Of a stretch of 64,000 nt of DNA, positions 22,219 through 35,089 are shown in pieces. Source of the stretch: Balamuthia mandrillaris (taxonomy: Eukaryota); the NCBI GenBank assembly GCA_031835245.2, contig JAVKOQ020000067.1, forward strand, positions 62,001-126,000. The letters are read 5' to 3'. Position 1 is the first letter of the stretch. Each line of letters opens with the position of its first letter. Below the pieces are notes generated by a model. It ran no database searches, had not been told where the DNA came from, and saw only the letters and a program-made list of their open reading frames with translations. The translations under genes and the position numbers were made by a program.

Positions 22219-25200
22219 TCAAGAAGAGGAAGTAACCAGTCGGCTCCAAAGTGAACGAACCCCTGCAAAGCGTGTTTGTTGCTGCTGTTGTGCACTCGTT
22301 GGGTGTGGTTGATGAGGTGCCCCTCCTCCCATCAGTAACCCTCCTTTTGCGTACTGCTGGTTGAATCGCTCCAACTTCTCAAGGGTTGGCCGATTGATGC
22401 CTATTGAGTAGTCGTTGCATCTCTTCATCAAGACTCCCACTTCCATCAACAGCCGGATGCAGAGGCTCATCAGGGAGGGGTTGCGAAGGTCGGGTAGTTT
22501 GGTGAGGTTCTTTGCCTCCTTCAGCACGTTGTTGATGCAGGCGTTGCTGAGCTTGACGAGCTCGGGGAAGGTGAGCACAGTGCGCATGGTTTGATTCATG
22601 ATGGTGAGGTTGGCATCGTTGAGCTTCTCACGAAGGTCGTTGATGAGCTTCATGTATTTAGCTTCCAAGCTGGTTTCCTCTTCTTTCTCCTTCTGTTCTT
22701 CTTTCTGTTCTTCTTTCTCCTCTACTTTTTCTTTGTCCTTGGCGGCAAGCTCGTCTTGTTCTTCGTTTGCCTTTTCCTTTTCTTTCTCTGCCAGTAAAGC
22801 TTGTTGTTGTTTTTGGTTCTCAAGAAGCTGAGAGTATTTGAGCCGTTCTTCTTGAAGCTGCTTTTCTACTTCTTGCAATTGTGCTTTTACTTCTTCCAAT
22901 ATCTTTGTCTTCTCCGTTAACTCTTCTCTGAGCTTTTGCAGCACAACATGAGATGCAGTCTCTCTTTGTTGCAATGGAGACGAAATGCTCTTTCTGTCTT
23001 GTCGTCCCTCTTCTTGTTGATCTTCTTCTTTTCTTCGTTTGGTGTTGCTTTGTGGATCTTCTTCTTTTTCTTGTTCTACTTCGACCTTCATGAGTTGTCC
23101 CATTAGCGCTTCTTTGCCTCTTTTGAGCTCGAGTCGAGTCATAGAATTTGAATTGTATCTCGCTCTCTTTCCGCTCTCTCCTTTCTTCAACGCCATCACT
23201 GCAGCCGGAAGTTGAGGAGAAGTTGTACCTTCTCCTTCTTCTTGTTCCTCTTGTTCATGTTCTTCTTCAGTTTCAGAAGAGGGCGAGGAAAAGAAATTGG
23301 AAATGTGAGAGTGTCCACGTTTGTGGCGTTTTTGTGGTTGGGTGAGATAGTTGTCCATGTTGGCAATTTTGCGGAAGATGCCAAGAGGAGAGGATGGAGA
23401 AATGGAAGTGGTCGATGAACTGCGAGGCTTTTTGACAATTGCGCCAGAGGAGCTCCTAATTCTTATTATGAAACACAAAGTTAGACAGAAGAAAAATAAA
23501 AACTGAAGCAAAAGAACAGTAGGAAAGGCACAAACACAACAAGAAAAAAAAGACAAAAAGAAGAGACGAAGACGTACTCGCTGGCCTCGTCTTCAGAACC
23601 TATTGGCTGCTCGACCTGCTTCTCTTTCTCAACTTCTTCCTTCGCCTTTGCTATTACTTCTTCATCGTTCTTCACTCCTTCTAATTCTTCTCCTTTTGTT
23701 TCCACTTCAATACTTGCTTCTCTGCTGCGATTGTTTTGAAATGGTCCATTTAATAGCTCTGATAACGCTTGCTGCTCCTTCTGTTTGGCCAACTCCATTT
23801 TTCGTGCCTTTTTGGCTTCTTTCTCCTTTGCTAGCTTCTGTCTCTCTTCTTCCCATTGCCTTTGCAGCTCCGCTTTGATACGTTGTCTCTCTGCTTCTAT
23901 CGCAAGTTTCAATCGTCTCTCCAACTCTTCCTCCATCATTCCTCGCATCAAAACAACCAATTGCTCTTCTTGTGTAGATTCGTTTCCAGTTGGTGTGTTG
24001 CTTGGTTTGTTGACGAGAATGTCCATCAGTCGTTTGTCCGATTCCATCTTCCTCATCACAGCCTCTAGAGAGAGGGTAGTATCTTGTTTCCCACTTGCTA
24101 CATGCGTAGAAACGAAAATATGTTAAGGTTTATACGAATTAAGACAAGACAGAGGAGAAAGAGCAAAAGAAAGCAAAAAGGATATTGGTTGACAATAGTT
24201 TGCAGTTGGTTGATAGTTTGGTGAGCCTCTTCCAAAAGCAACTTGTCTTGTTCTTGTTGATCGCGAAAGAACTTGTTAGCTTTCATGAGGGAGTTCACCA
24301 CCTCAGACAGATTTTCATTTTCTTCCATGTACTTTTCCAATTTTTCTCTGTCCCCTTGCAACTAAGAGCAAAAGATTTAAACAATAAAGAAAAAGATAAC
24401 TGAACAGGAAAAACAGGTAAAAGAAAGTACTTGACGGAGAGTAGTCTCTTGTCGACTTGCTTTTTCTTTGAGTTTATCGAAAGAGTTCAGTTGCTCTTTC
24501 AAGTTCTCTAATTCAATCGTCAGGTTCTGTTCTTTTGTTGAACTGCGCTTCAACGTTTCTACATATATTGAGAGTAAAAGAGAGCGAGAGAGAATTAGAT
24601 GTCAAAGAGAAGAAGCAGCAGCAGCGAAGAACACGAATGACAAACCGAGGTTATGCTTCAGAGAAGCATTTTGTTTAGTGAGCGTGGTCACCGTCTGCTT
24701 TTGAGTTTGAATTTCTTCTTTATAGCTCTCAATCTACAAAGAAGTTAAGACATTAGAACCCGTAAAGAAAGAAAGAAAAAAAAAGAAGGGAGAGAAACCT
24801 CTTTGAGTAATTGTCGTGTCTTTTCTTTGTATGCTTTGTTCAGTGACTGCTCCAACTTCAACGTTCGAACTTGATCTCTGAGTTCTTCCATCTCCTCCGA
24901 AACATTCTCTCTCATTTTCAAAGCGTTTCTTTGTTCTTCTTGCATCATGTCCAACCGCTTTTTACAAAAATAAAGAGCAGTAAGCAAACACAATGAGAAG
25001 ATATAAAACGAGACGAAAGGGAGACAAACCCGCATAGCGTCCTCAGCAATAAACTGAGCCTCTTCCTTTTCTCGCATTCCCTTCTTTTGCTCCTCCTCTA
25101 GATGATTGTACGCTCTCAGCAGTTCTTCGTTGGTTTGAACTTGGACTCTCCACTGTTTGTTTTAAAAAGACCAAAAAGAAACATGTTTTAAGAAAGCGAA

Positions 25201-26122
25201 CGAAACTAAAGAAGAAAGAAGCAAAGAAAAAGAAGAAGAAGAAACAAGACGAAAGAACGAAAGAACGAACCTTGTCCTCCCACTCGCTCTCAACTTCCTG
25301 CAACTCTTCCGTCAGTTGCTTGTTCCTCCCCACAAGCATTTGTCCGATCTCGGCCGCCACTCTAAAGTCATTTTCACGTTCTTCCATACATCTGTTTTTT
25401 TTGGTTCCAAAGAAAAAAAAACTTTAACAAAAACTCCAAACAAAAAATAAAAGAAAAATATATAAATAAACAAAAAATAAAATAAAATAAAATAAAATAA
25501 AATAAAATAAAATAAAAATAAAATAAAATAAAAATAAAATACTAAATAAAAACCTGTAGATGGCTTCCAGTTCAGAGAGCTCCTCTCGCAGTTCCACCTC
25601 CTCCTGTAGCACCGCGTTCTCTTTCATTCGGCTGAGGGCCTCCTTGAACGCCGCCAAGAAATCAAAGTTGTTGTTGAGGGGCAAGCCCTCGCCAAACGTC
25701 GTCGTGTGTGCGTCGTCGTAGTCATCGTCGTCGTCGTAGTAGTGGTCGTCCTCCTCCTCCCAATCCTCCTCCTCCTCCTCGGCTGCCGTGCCTTCGCTCT
25801 CCGTGCCTGCTTCCTCTTGAGGGGAAGCCTTGCCGTTCACGCTGCTGCTGCTCCTCCTCGGTCGTGCCGTTCTTCTTCCTCGTAGGCTCCCTCCTCTTCT
25901 GCCCGAGGAAGACAACGAGGAGGAGGAAGAGCGACGTCGCGATGCAGCAGCGGCAACCGAGCGAGTGGACGTTGAGGAGGAGGACAAGGAACGCAGCGAC
26001 TTTGGGCGCGGCTTATGAGTGGAAGACTCTCTTGCGGCGGCGGCGGCGACGGAGGGCGAGGACACCACCACCGGTGCCTCCTCGCCGCTGCTGCTTTCGG
26101 CCGTTGCACCCACCACCGACAT
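22219..26122 (-). CDS. Long coiled-coil protein with a HAP1_N/BICD-type CC1 box (candidate dynein/kinesin adaptor)
   Basis: Multi-exon heptad-rich protein; the segment EERENDFRVAAEIGQMLVGRNKQL matches the AAxxG CC1 box. Confidence 0.7.
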
Positions 26123-26581
26123 TTCTGATGGATAAAAAAGAGGGAGGGAAGGGGGGTAGTAGTAGTGTATAGTGGGGGCTCCTCCTCCTCTTCCTCTTCC
26201 TTTGCTTTTCTTCTGTTGACGTCTTTTCTTCTTTCTCTTTTTCTATTTTTAATAATAATTCAATAATAATTTTTACAAATAATTTTTTTTACCGTTTTTT
26301 ATTAATTATTTCAATTTATTTTTCGGTTTTTTGTCGGCGAAAAAATGATCTCAAAGAGAAAAATTCAAACCACCTATCGAAAATCAGACTTAATGAAGTT
26401 TTCCTGATAATATGTCGACAAAATCCCAGGCGTGGCCTCTCATTCTTTCGAATGGACCATTATTCTCTTGAAATATAGGGAACTTAAAGAAGAAGCCCAG
26501 AAGGAGAAGGAGAAGGAACAGAACAGAGAGAACAATAAGAAGGAAGGGAAGGGGAGGAAATGTTGAAAAGGTATGGTCCGT

Positions 26582-29500
26582 TCAGTGGAAAACTCTCTGG
26601 CAGGAAGAAATCCGATCGCCGAGGCTCAATGCGATGCCCTGGGTTTTGCTGCGAATCCTGATGAACCCTTCGATGGTCTTCGTTTTGGAGCTTTGCTCCA
26701 CACTGACGTTGGCCAAAGCATCCTCGCCTGCAAGAACAAAATAAAATTAAATACCGGTCAGGTAAATGAAGCATTAAGAACCAACAGAAGATGAAAAGAA
26801 TATGCGAACCAAATACGCTCTTTGCATAAAGGTTGGCAGAGAGGAAGCCGCACTCTCCATGTAACCCCTTCAGAGGCGTGAGACAGTTCATGTTGGTCGA
26901 CTTGATGATATGAGCAAGATACTGTTCAATATTCCTTTGTTTGTTGAGGGAATCGTGTCAGTTGGAAGGGGAGCAAAAGAAAACGAAGCATCTTACTTGA
27001 TGGTAGTGTTTACAGCCACTTTGTTCTCCCACTCAAACTCTGCCCACATCGAACGGAATTCGAGGTGAGAGCAGGAAGCTGGTTTGATGTAGTCCATTAT
27101 GTTTAGGTGGATATCCTTCAGGATAACGCAGTTCTTGTCAGCGTCAGCAGCCACACCAGCCACATCATATACGACGTTGGTGAAGACGATGCCTTTCTCT
27201 GTGGAGGATACCTTTATTCATGTCCGCCTTTCTTGTTAGAACATAACGGTGTTTAAATAACCAACCACAACAAATATAACAATTATAACAAACCTTGATA
27301 TTGATCTTCATGTTGACAGAGGCAAAGGGACCGAGGTTGCAGCTCTGTGGCCTCTCACAGACACGAAGGTCACCCGTTGTGGCAACCTCCACGTTGAGGT
27401 TCTGGAGAGTGTCCTGCGTTTGGTTGATGATGACCATGTCGATGAGAAGGTCGTACATGTTAACATTGATGTAGGCCTCCACAAAGACGGGGTCGCTGAG
27501 TCCGCTCAGTTGGTGAAGCTTGCATAACCTTTGGCTCATGTCTTTGTTGTTGGTAGTACGAGATGAGAAACGAACAGCAAAGAAAAAAAAAAGAAAGCGA
27601 AGAGAGTGAATGAACCCATTTGGATATCAGAGAAACCAGTCGCCTTCCTCAAGTCGGCTTCATCCACATCTTCCGAGAGCATCTCTCCAAATGCTCGCTT
27701 CTTTGCCAGCTGTCTCATCGATATAAGATCATCTGCTTCGATATGTTGCTCTCGTTCCTTCATCTCTCTTTGTTGCTTCTCCTTCTCTTTGCTCTCGTTC
27801 AACATGTGGTGAAACGCCTTTCGACAGTCGGCGAGAAAGACTTTCTCAGCAAAGGCCACCCTTTGCTCTCCCTTGCTTCTCGCCAAAAGCAAGTTCAAAC
27901 AAAGGGAAACGCGAGAGAGCGAATCTGGGTCTTGGCTCTTATCGGAAGTAAACGTTTTGGAACGAGAGGAGGAACCAAACGAAGAGGAAGAAGAAGCAAA
28001 ACCGGAGGAGACTGAAGATGAAGACAAAAGAATTTTGCCCAGCTTGAGAATGGACACGAGGATGAGACAAACCTCGGCCACAAAGGAGTTGCGGCTGGAA
28101 GCACTGATGTCGGAAAGGGTGAAGCAACGATAGGCCATTTTGGTAAGGGCAGTGGCTAGAGCGGAGGCCAAGAATAACTTTCCTTCCAACAGAAGCTGTC
28201 TCAGCAAACCCTTATTGCCTGTGAAAGAAAAGCACTATAAGCCACACAGTTTTCTGGTCTCTTTGATGGAAGAAACTCAAACCTTTAGCCCTTTGTGGCG
28301 GAGCAGCCGTAATAGCCGACTGAGTGGCATATGTGCCATCCGACAGGACCATTCCAACGGCATTCGTCGGCGTGTAGGCTTTCGGTATCTCCCCCGCCTC
28401 CGGCTCGATGCCAGAAGCAGATACTTGTTCTGGTTGACCATCTGAGTTTTCTCCGTTCTTTTGGGAGGCAGAAGCAGAAGGATCGAACGGAAGGGGACCA
28501 ATTTCTTCTTTGATGGCGGTGAAAGCCTGATCGATTTGTTCGGAAGTGGTGGAGAACTCTCCAATCACCCACAACAATGCTGAGAGAACCTGGTTGCAGG
28601 AAAGAGAGTAAGGTTACGAGGAAAGAAAGACATCGGAGAGAATGCTTACCCTTCCAAAGCGAACGTGTCTCAAACAGGGCAACAACTTGCCCAATATCAT
28701 CTCTCTCAGCTGGGGATTGGTCTCCATGACTTCCTTGACAAAGTTGACCACGTCCAAGGCGGAGGGCAGGTGCTCGTCGCCTAGATAATCCAACAAAGCC
28801 AAGACCACGTTCTTCGCCACAACAGGAAACATGACAGCACAGCTGTGAATGGATTGGATCAGAAGCTGTCGGTACTCTTCCGCTCGGTCAAACGTCTTGG
28901 CCTGAGACAGGTTTATCTCTTTCTTAAGGAAGAGAACCACTTCGTCAATATTTTGGGGAGTAACCAAGTCCATCGCTATGGCCAGGGTCTTTTGGCGAAC
29001 ATCCATGTCGGGACAGACGAGCGCACGAAGAAGGTCCATTACTAGATCCTGCATTACCTTGAGGTGGCGTTGCTTCACCTCTTGCAGGCGGTCCAGAACG
29101 ATCATCTTCACGTTATTATCGCTTTGCTATAGTGATAGCAAGTCTGGTTTAGAGATAAGAACAACAAAAAGAAAAAGATTTGTTCGTACCGAAACCAAAA
29201 GCTTGATAAAGGTGCTAGCTGCGGCGCTGACAGCAGTTGGCGCTGTCGTCAGAGAGATCAAAGTACCGGCGGCCTCAAAGCGAACAGCTGCGGCGGGGGA
29301 GTTCAACAAAGTAAACAAACAACGCAGATATTTCGGCTGCAAGGGTGTTCAATTAGCAACCAAGAGCAGAGTTAAAGACAGATGAATAAAGAAAGTAAAT
29401 CGAACCCTTTCTTCAGGATTAGTGCGGCAGACTTTACGAATAAGTTCGACTACGGTGAACTGCAGAATATCACCAAAGCCTTCCACCTTGTCCAGCACGC

Positions 29501-30283
29501 TGCTAAGATATTCCACGGCACGATCTTGAGCACAGTTAAAAAGCATTATAAATGCATTGCGTTGACAAGACGCATCTCCCTCCTTTTGTTATGAAATATT
29601 AGAAAATCGTCATGAAAAAAAGAGAACGAGAGAGACAGACGTTAGCGAGTAGGTTGAAGATAAGGTCCGGGGCATCGGGTATCAAGTAATCAAAGTGTTT
29701 GAAGATGCTGTAAATGGCCAAAACAGCGTTTCTTTTCACGTATGAGTGGCGATGCTCCAAGTTGGCACGGATGGAGGGCACTAAAGGTTCCAGCAGCTCG
29801 CTTTCTTTGAGCTTGCATATGAACCTCAGCGTTGCTCCGCGTACATACTCGTTTGGATGCTTCAAGTCGTTCAACAGCGCGTTACTATCAAGAATAGTGT
29901 TAGAAGCATACTGGAAGTGAGCACCGAGAAAGTTGAACGCAGAAACACAATTCATGCAAAGAAACAGTAAGCAAGAAAGGAACGTACCAGACAAGAATCA
30001 TCTCGTGAAGCAGTTTGCCGGACGAGTCTCTCTTGTCTACCACTTCCCAATACAGCAGGACCAATTTTTTGAGGGTGTGGTCTTTGCAAGGCATGATGAA
30101 GCGGATCACGGTCATGAGCAGGTGCGACATAGCCTCTCCGTTGAGCATCAGCAAAATCATGTGCTTCATGGCAGCGATCTTCTCTTCGGTGTTGCCATTC
30201 TCCAACTTGTTCTTGATTGCGCTCACGTTGATCGGCTCGGAGCTCTCGTAGTTAACCAACAACGTGCAGCTCGAGTCCGACAT
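26582..30283 (-). CDS. COPB1: Coatomer subunit beta
   Basis: Matches beta-COP throughout: [95 protein letters not shown]. Confidence 0.97.
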
Positions 30284-30564
30284 CCCCTCCTTTTTTTTTC
30301 CTCTACCTTGTGTTTGTTTCTCTTCTCTCGTGTGTGAGCGAAGCGCACTTAAAAAAATGGGTTAAAAAATGGGGTTTGGTATAAATTTACGAAGAGACGT
30401 CGAAATTTTACCTTTTATAGGATATATGGTGATGTCATATAATCCTAATTAAGACGTTGATTACGTGTGAGTCTATTGCACAAAACGATCCCAATTTGTG
30501 GTCAAGCTGAGCGGCCTATAATAAAAAAAATTATCTCAAAAAAAATTATAAAAATAAAAAAAGA

Positions 30565-30906
30565 ATGAAGAGAAGCGCAGCGAAGAGAAAGAAGAACAAA
30601 GACCACCACAAAGAAGAGGAAGAAGAGTTACATGCCGGTGCCGTGCAACATAAGAAAAAGCTTCTTCTCTCACGCATAAAGAACAAGGAGAAGAAGAAGA
30701 GGAAGCTGAAGGGCTACCAACCACCGACGGCCAGCGTTACCGCCGCAGAAGAAAACGAGGAGGAGGCAGAAACGAGGGCGAGAGGAGTGAGCTTGCCCTC
30801 CCGCGTGGTGCACAGCGTCCACGTGGACACCGACCTCACCTGGTCCGTCCTCAACTACCACCAACAACAACCGACCGTCGGCGAGGAAAGGTCGGAAGGA
30901 GGAAGA

Positions 30907-30941
<35 letters not shown>

Positions 30942-32066
30942 GCTTGGCGGCGGAGAGGCTGCCTTCCGCTTCGTGCAATGCTTGGGCGAAGGAGCCTTTG
31001 GGCGCGTCTACAGGGCGATCCACAAGAGCGGCTTTGAACTGGCGGTCAAGGTCATTGACTTTGGAGACATGTGCCACAAGGCCATTCCGCCTGGGCTGGG
31101 TTCGTTTCCTCTGTCCTCCTTGCCTCTCTCCTTTCTTCTTGTTGACTTTAGTACTTGCAAAACAAACAACAAAACAAAAACAAAAAAAAAAATATAACAA
31201 AAAAAAAATATAACAAAAAATATAACAAAAACAACAAAACAAAAACAAAAAAAAAAATAACAAAAAAATAACAAACAACAAAACAAATAACAAAAACACA
31301 AAATAAGATCAAACGCAGGAAGCACAGTTCATGCACAATCTTCGCAAGGAAATAACTCAGGAAATCGACGTCCTCAAACGCTGTCACAGCCCCTTCATTG
31401 TCCAATACTTTGGTTGTCTCTGGACTTCTCCTTCTTCTCCTGCGCCTTCTTCCTCCTCTCTCTCTTCTTCGTCTTCCTCAAAGCATCAACAAACTCAAAA
31501 GCACATACAACCACAAGAACAGCAGCAACAACTTTGGATTCTGATGGAATACTGCGAAGTCGGTTCGGTGCGAGACTTGATGGCCACGCTGGACATCCCC
31601 AATCTGAAGAAGGAGAAGAGGATTGCCTTCATCATGCGTGCCACCCTCTCGGGCTTGGCGTACCTTCATGAGGCTCATCACCCGCCTATCGTTCATTTCG
31701 ATGTGAAGGCCAACAATATACTGCTTACCAGAGAGGGTCGTCCTAAACTTGCTGACTTTGGGCTTGCTCAACAGTTTGACGCTCTAGCTTCAGTGTCTGC
31801 TTTTGTGAATGAAGAGAAAGAATCCGAGAAGAACAAGAAAAAAGAAAAGAAGCAAAATAAGAAGACAAAGAAGCAACAACAAAGGTTAGCAGAGGAAGCA
31901 GCAAAAGTAAGGCAAGAGGAAGAAAGAGAAGATAAAGAAGGAAAACGAGAAGGAGGAGGCTTAGCACGACCGGTGGCTGGAACTCGGCATTGGATGGCCC
32001 CAGAGCTTTGTGAAAGAGGTCAAGTGAAGGCTGGACCCAAGTCTGATGTTTGGTGCGTTTGCTCTT

Positions 32067-32098
<32 letters not shown>

Positions 32099-32753
32099 TC
32101 AGTTTGCTATCTTTCCTTCTTTACTGAACATCTTTTGGAAATAAAGGTCATTGGGCATTACCGCCATCGAATTGGCAGAAGGCAAACCTCCTCACTTTGA
32201 TGAAAGCCCTATCGCGGCCTTTCGTCTCATTCGTGAAAGCCCACCTCCTCGTTTAGGAATGAATAATCAACAAACAAAGAAGCATACAAAAAATAAGAAG
32301 AAGAAAGCAAACGACGAGGAAGAAAAGACAACGTACAACAAAGTGAAATGGTCTAAAGAGTTTCAAGACTTTGTGGCTCAATGTCTGATCAAGGAGCCAG
32401 AAAAGCGACCTACTGCATCTGCTCTGTTGCACCATCCCTTCATGATAAAAGCTGCTCATTGGGAGAAGAAGCAAAGCAAGAAGAAAGGTAGCGTGCTGTA
32501 TCGACCTTTGATGCAAAGAGAGAAGGTCTTAATGAAGAAAGAGCAGGAAGAAAAAAAGAAACAGGAAGAAATAGAAAAGGAAGAAGAAGAAGAGGAAAGA
32601 AGAGGAATGACACCAATACCTGAACGAAGAGAAGGACAACAACATCAACTGACGGAAGAAATTGCACCTTCGATAACTACACCGCTATTACGTCATAACG
32701 CGACTCGTACAGTAGAAACCAATCAACGGTGTTGCGCTTGTATTCTCTTTTAA
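30565..32753 (+). CDS. STE20-family (MST/Krs-like) Ser/Thr kinase
   Basis: GEGAFG, AVKVI, EIDVLKRCHSPFIVQYFG, LWILMEYC, HFDVKANN, DFG, GTRHWMAPE, ITAIELAEGKPP, KWSKEFQDFV. Confidence 0.92.
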
Positions 32754-32795
32754 TCATCATACTCGTGATTTCTTCTTCATTCTTCTCGTTTTGAA

Positions 32796-34861
32796 TTACT
32801 TTCCACAACGATAGCGTTGCGTTTGCTCGAGATGCTTTTGAACATCCTCCACCACATCTTTCATGCTTTCAACTGCGCATTCTCCTCTTTGCTGCTGGAA
32901 CACGATCTCAAGATTGTGTTCTTTTACCTCTGCAAGTACCTTCTTCCACACCATTTCCAACTTGGTCAAGTTGAATAGTCGAAGTAAGATCGCAGATACT
33001 TGCTTCTGGTCTTCGCTTTCTTCTTTTTTGGTACTTGATCCCGTTAAGTGTTGCTTCAAAGCGGCGAGTTGAACATGTGACATGTGCAACATAAAGTCGC
33101 AGAATTCGATATAATTCCAACCGGTGTATGTCTTGAGCATAGTTTGGCATTGCTCCTCCCATCCCTCGAACTCTTTGCAATCATCCAACTCGTGTCGCAC
33201 AGCCGCGAAGTCGGATTGTAAATTAGCGTGCAAAAGGTCAACATTGCAACCGTTTGCCCAATTGTGATTGATACTTATTGTGTCTACAAACAGAGATAGA
33301 AAGCAAGAGAGATTAGGAGGAGAGCAAGAATGGAACAAAGGGAAGAGAGAATATCTCCAAAATATAAGAGAAGCAGAGAAAAAAAGAGAGAAAAGAACGT
33401 GAATGGACTAAAAACCCTCTAAGTTATGAACTTGATGATACCAGCAGCTCGGAACAAAGATGGTTTCACCTACTTCCTGAAAAACGGTGATGGGTGTGGC
33501 TTTATGAAAGTGAGGAAACCTCTCCTTATCGTCTCCATCTTTCTCCACGTCGTACATCAGGTTGCCAAACTTATCTTTAAGGAACGGAGCTTGCGAAGGC
33601 GGAAATAGGATCCATTTCTTCCGTCCACAAACATTACTGCTCCAACTGTAAGACCGAAATACGTCTGTATAAGAAAGAAAGACATCAGTGAGCACCAAAT
33701 GAATGACGAGAGAGCGTACAACAAAAGAAACTATACCTGCGTGAAGTGGAGTCCTGCAAACATACGAAACCGAAAACAATCAGGTGGCGAAAAAAGAAGC
33801 AGAAAAGATAAGAAGAAGCAGAAGAAGAATTGCGTGTAAACGAACCAGCTGCCTTTTGGTCCCATGTACACAAAGCGGTAATCGTCACTGTCTGTCTTTC
33901 TGCCTTCATCCCAATGCAGGTTCATCCAGTCATCGCTGAAGAACACCGGCAATTTATAGGCCTCTGCCTTTCTGCCCTCTCTTCTTTCGCCCAGAACATA
34001 GTGCCAGTCTTTCAAGTAAAGTACCTTTCTCTCATCTCCCTCTTCATTTCCTTCGGTTCTCTGTCCAGAAGAAGAAGAAGCAGAAGAAGCAGAAGAAGCA
34101 GAAGAAGCAGAAGATGAAGAAGAAGACGAAGAAGAAGAAGAAGAAAAAGGACAAGAAGAAGAAGAAGAAGAAGAAGAAGAAGAAGAAGAAGAAGAAGAAG
34201 AACAACAACAACAACAAGAAGAAGAAGAAGAAGAACAAGAAGCAGCAGCAGCAGCAGCTCGCCACGCCTGGTGTCGTTTCCAATACGCCATAAAGTCCTT
34301 CATGCTCATCTCCACTCGCTTCTGGTCGCTAAACTCTTTGACATGACACTCTGCCACGTTTAGACAAAGATCGGCGAAAGAGCTGTGGTGTTGAAAGTAG
34401 TCCAAACGAGGGACGAGCCTTCCTGCCTCATCATCTTCCTCCCTCAGCGTCCATTCCTTTCTTGCGGCCCAATCCTCCGTTAAGTTACCTATCAAAACCG
34501 GCCTTCAAGAAAGATGATGTGAGAGAGAGCGAGAGAGAGAGCGAGAGAGGAAGATGATGAGAGTGAGAGGGAGAGGGAGAGGGAGAGAGAGAGAGAGCGA
34601 GAGCGAGAGAGGAAGATGATGAGAGTGAGAGGGGGAGAGAGAGGAAGATGAGAGAGAGAGAAAGTGAGAAGAAAGGGAGTTTGGACGAAACCGATTGGGC
34701 CAAAGGAACTGTTCGAAGAAAGTGGAGTAGCTGCACGTTCGTCCGTCTATTCTGGCCACTTGCGCCGCTTCGCTCTGCCTGGCAGCCTCTGGCGAGAGCT
34801 CGATGCCTCGTCGCAGCACCGTCGCTTCCACGACCAACTCCTCCTGACCCGCCGCTTTCAT
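32796..34861 (-). CDS. JMJD4: JmjC 2-oxoglutarate/Fe oxygenase JMJD4-like
   Basis: YLKDWH, DDYRFVYMGPKGSW/TPLHA/DVFRSYSWSSNVCGRKKW, FVPSCWYHQVHNLE, TISINHNWANG. Confidence 0.9.
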
Positions 34862-34892
34862 CTCTTTCCATCAATCGATCGATTTACTGTTT

Positions 34893-35032
34893 TAAATAAA
34901 ATAAAATAAAATAAAATAAAATAAAATAAAATAAAATAAAATAAAATAAAATAAAATAAAATAAAATAAAATAAAATAAAATAAAATAAAAGAAATTTAT
35001 AAAATAAAATAAAATAAAATAAAATAAAATAA
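34893..35032 (+). repeat. (AAAAT)n microsatellite upstream of JMJD4
   Basis: Near-perfect AAAAT array; a similar array lies at about 25474-25540 in an intron. Confidence 0.95.
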
Positions 35033-35089
35033 AAGAAAGGAATAGTTTACAAAAGAGGTTATGGTTTTATTGAGGCGGGGGTTTGTGCT

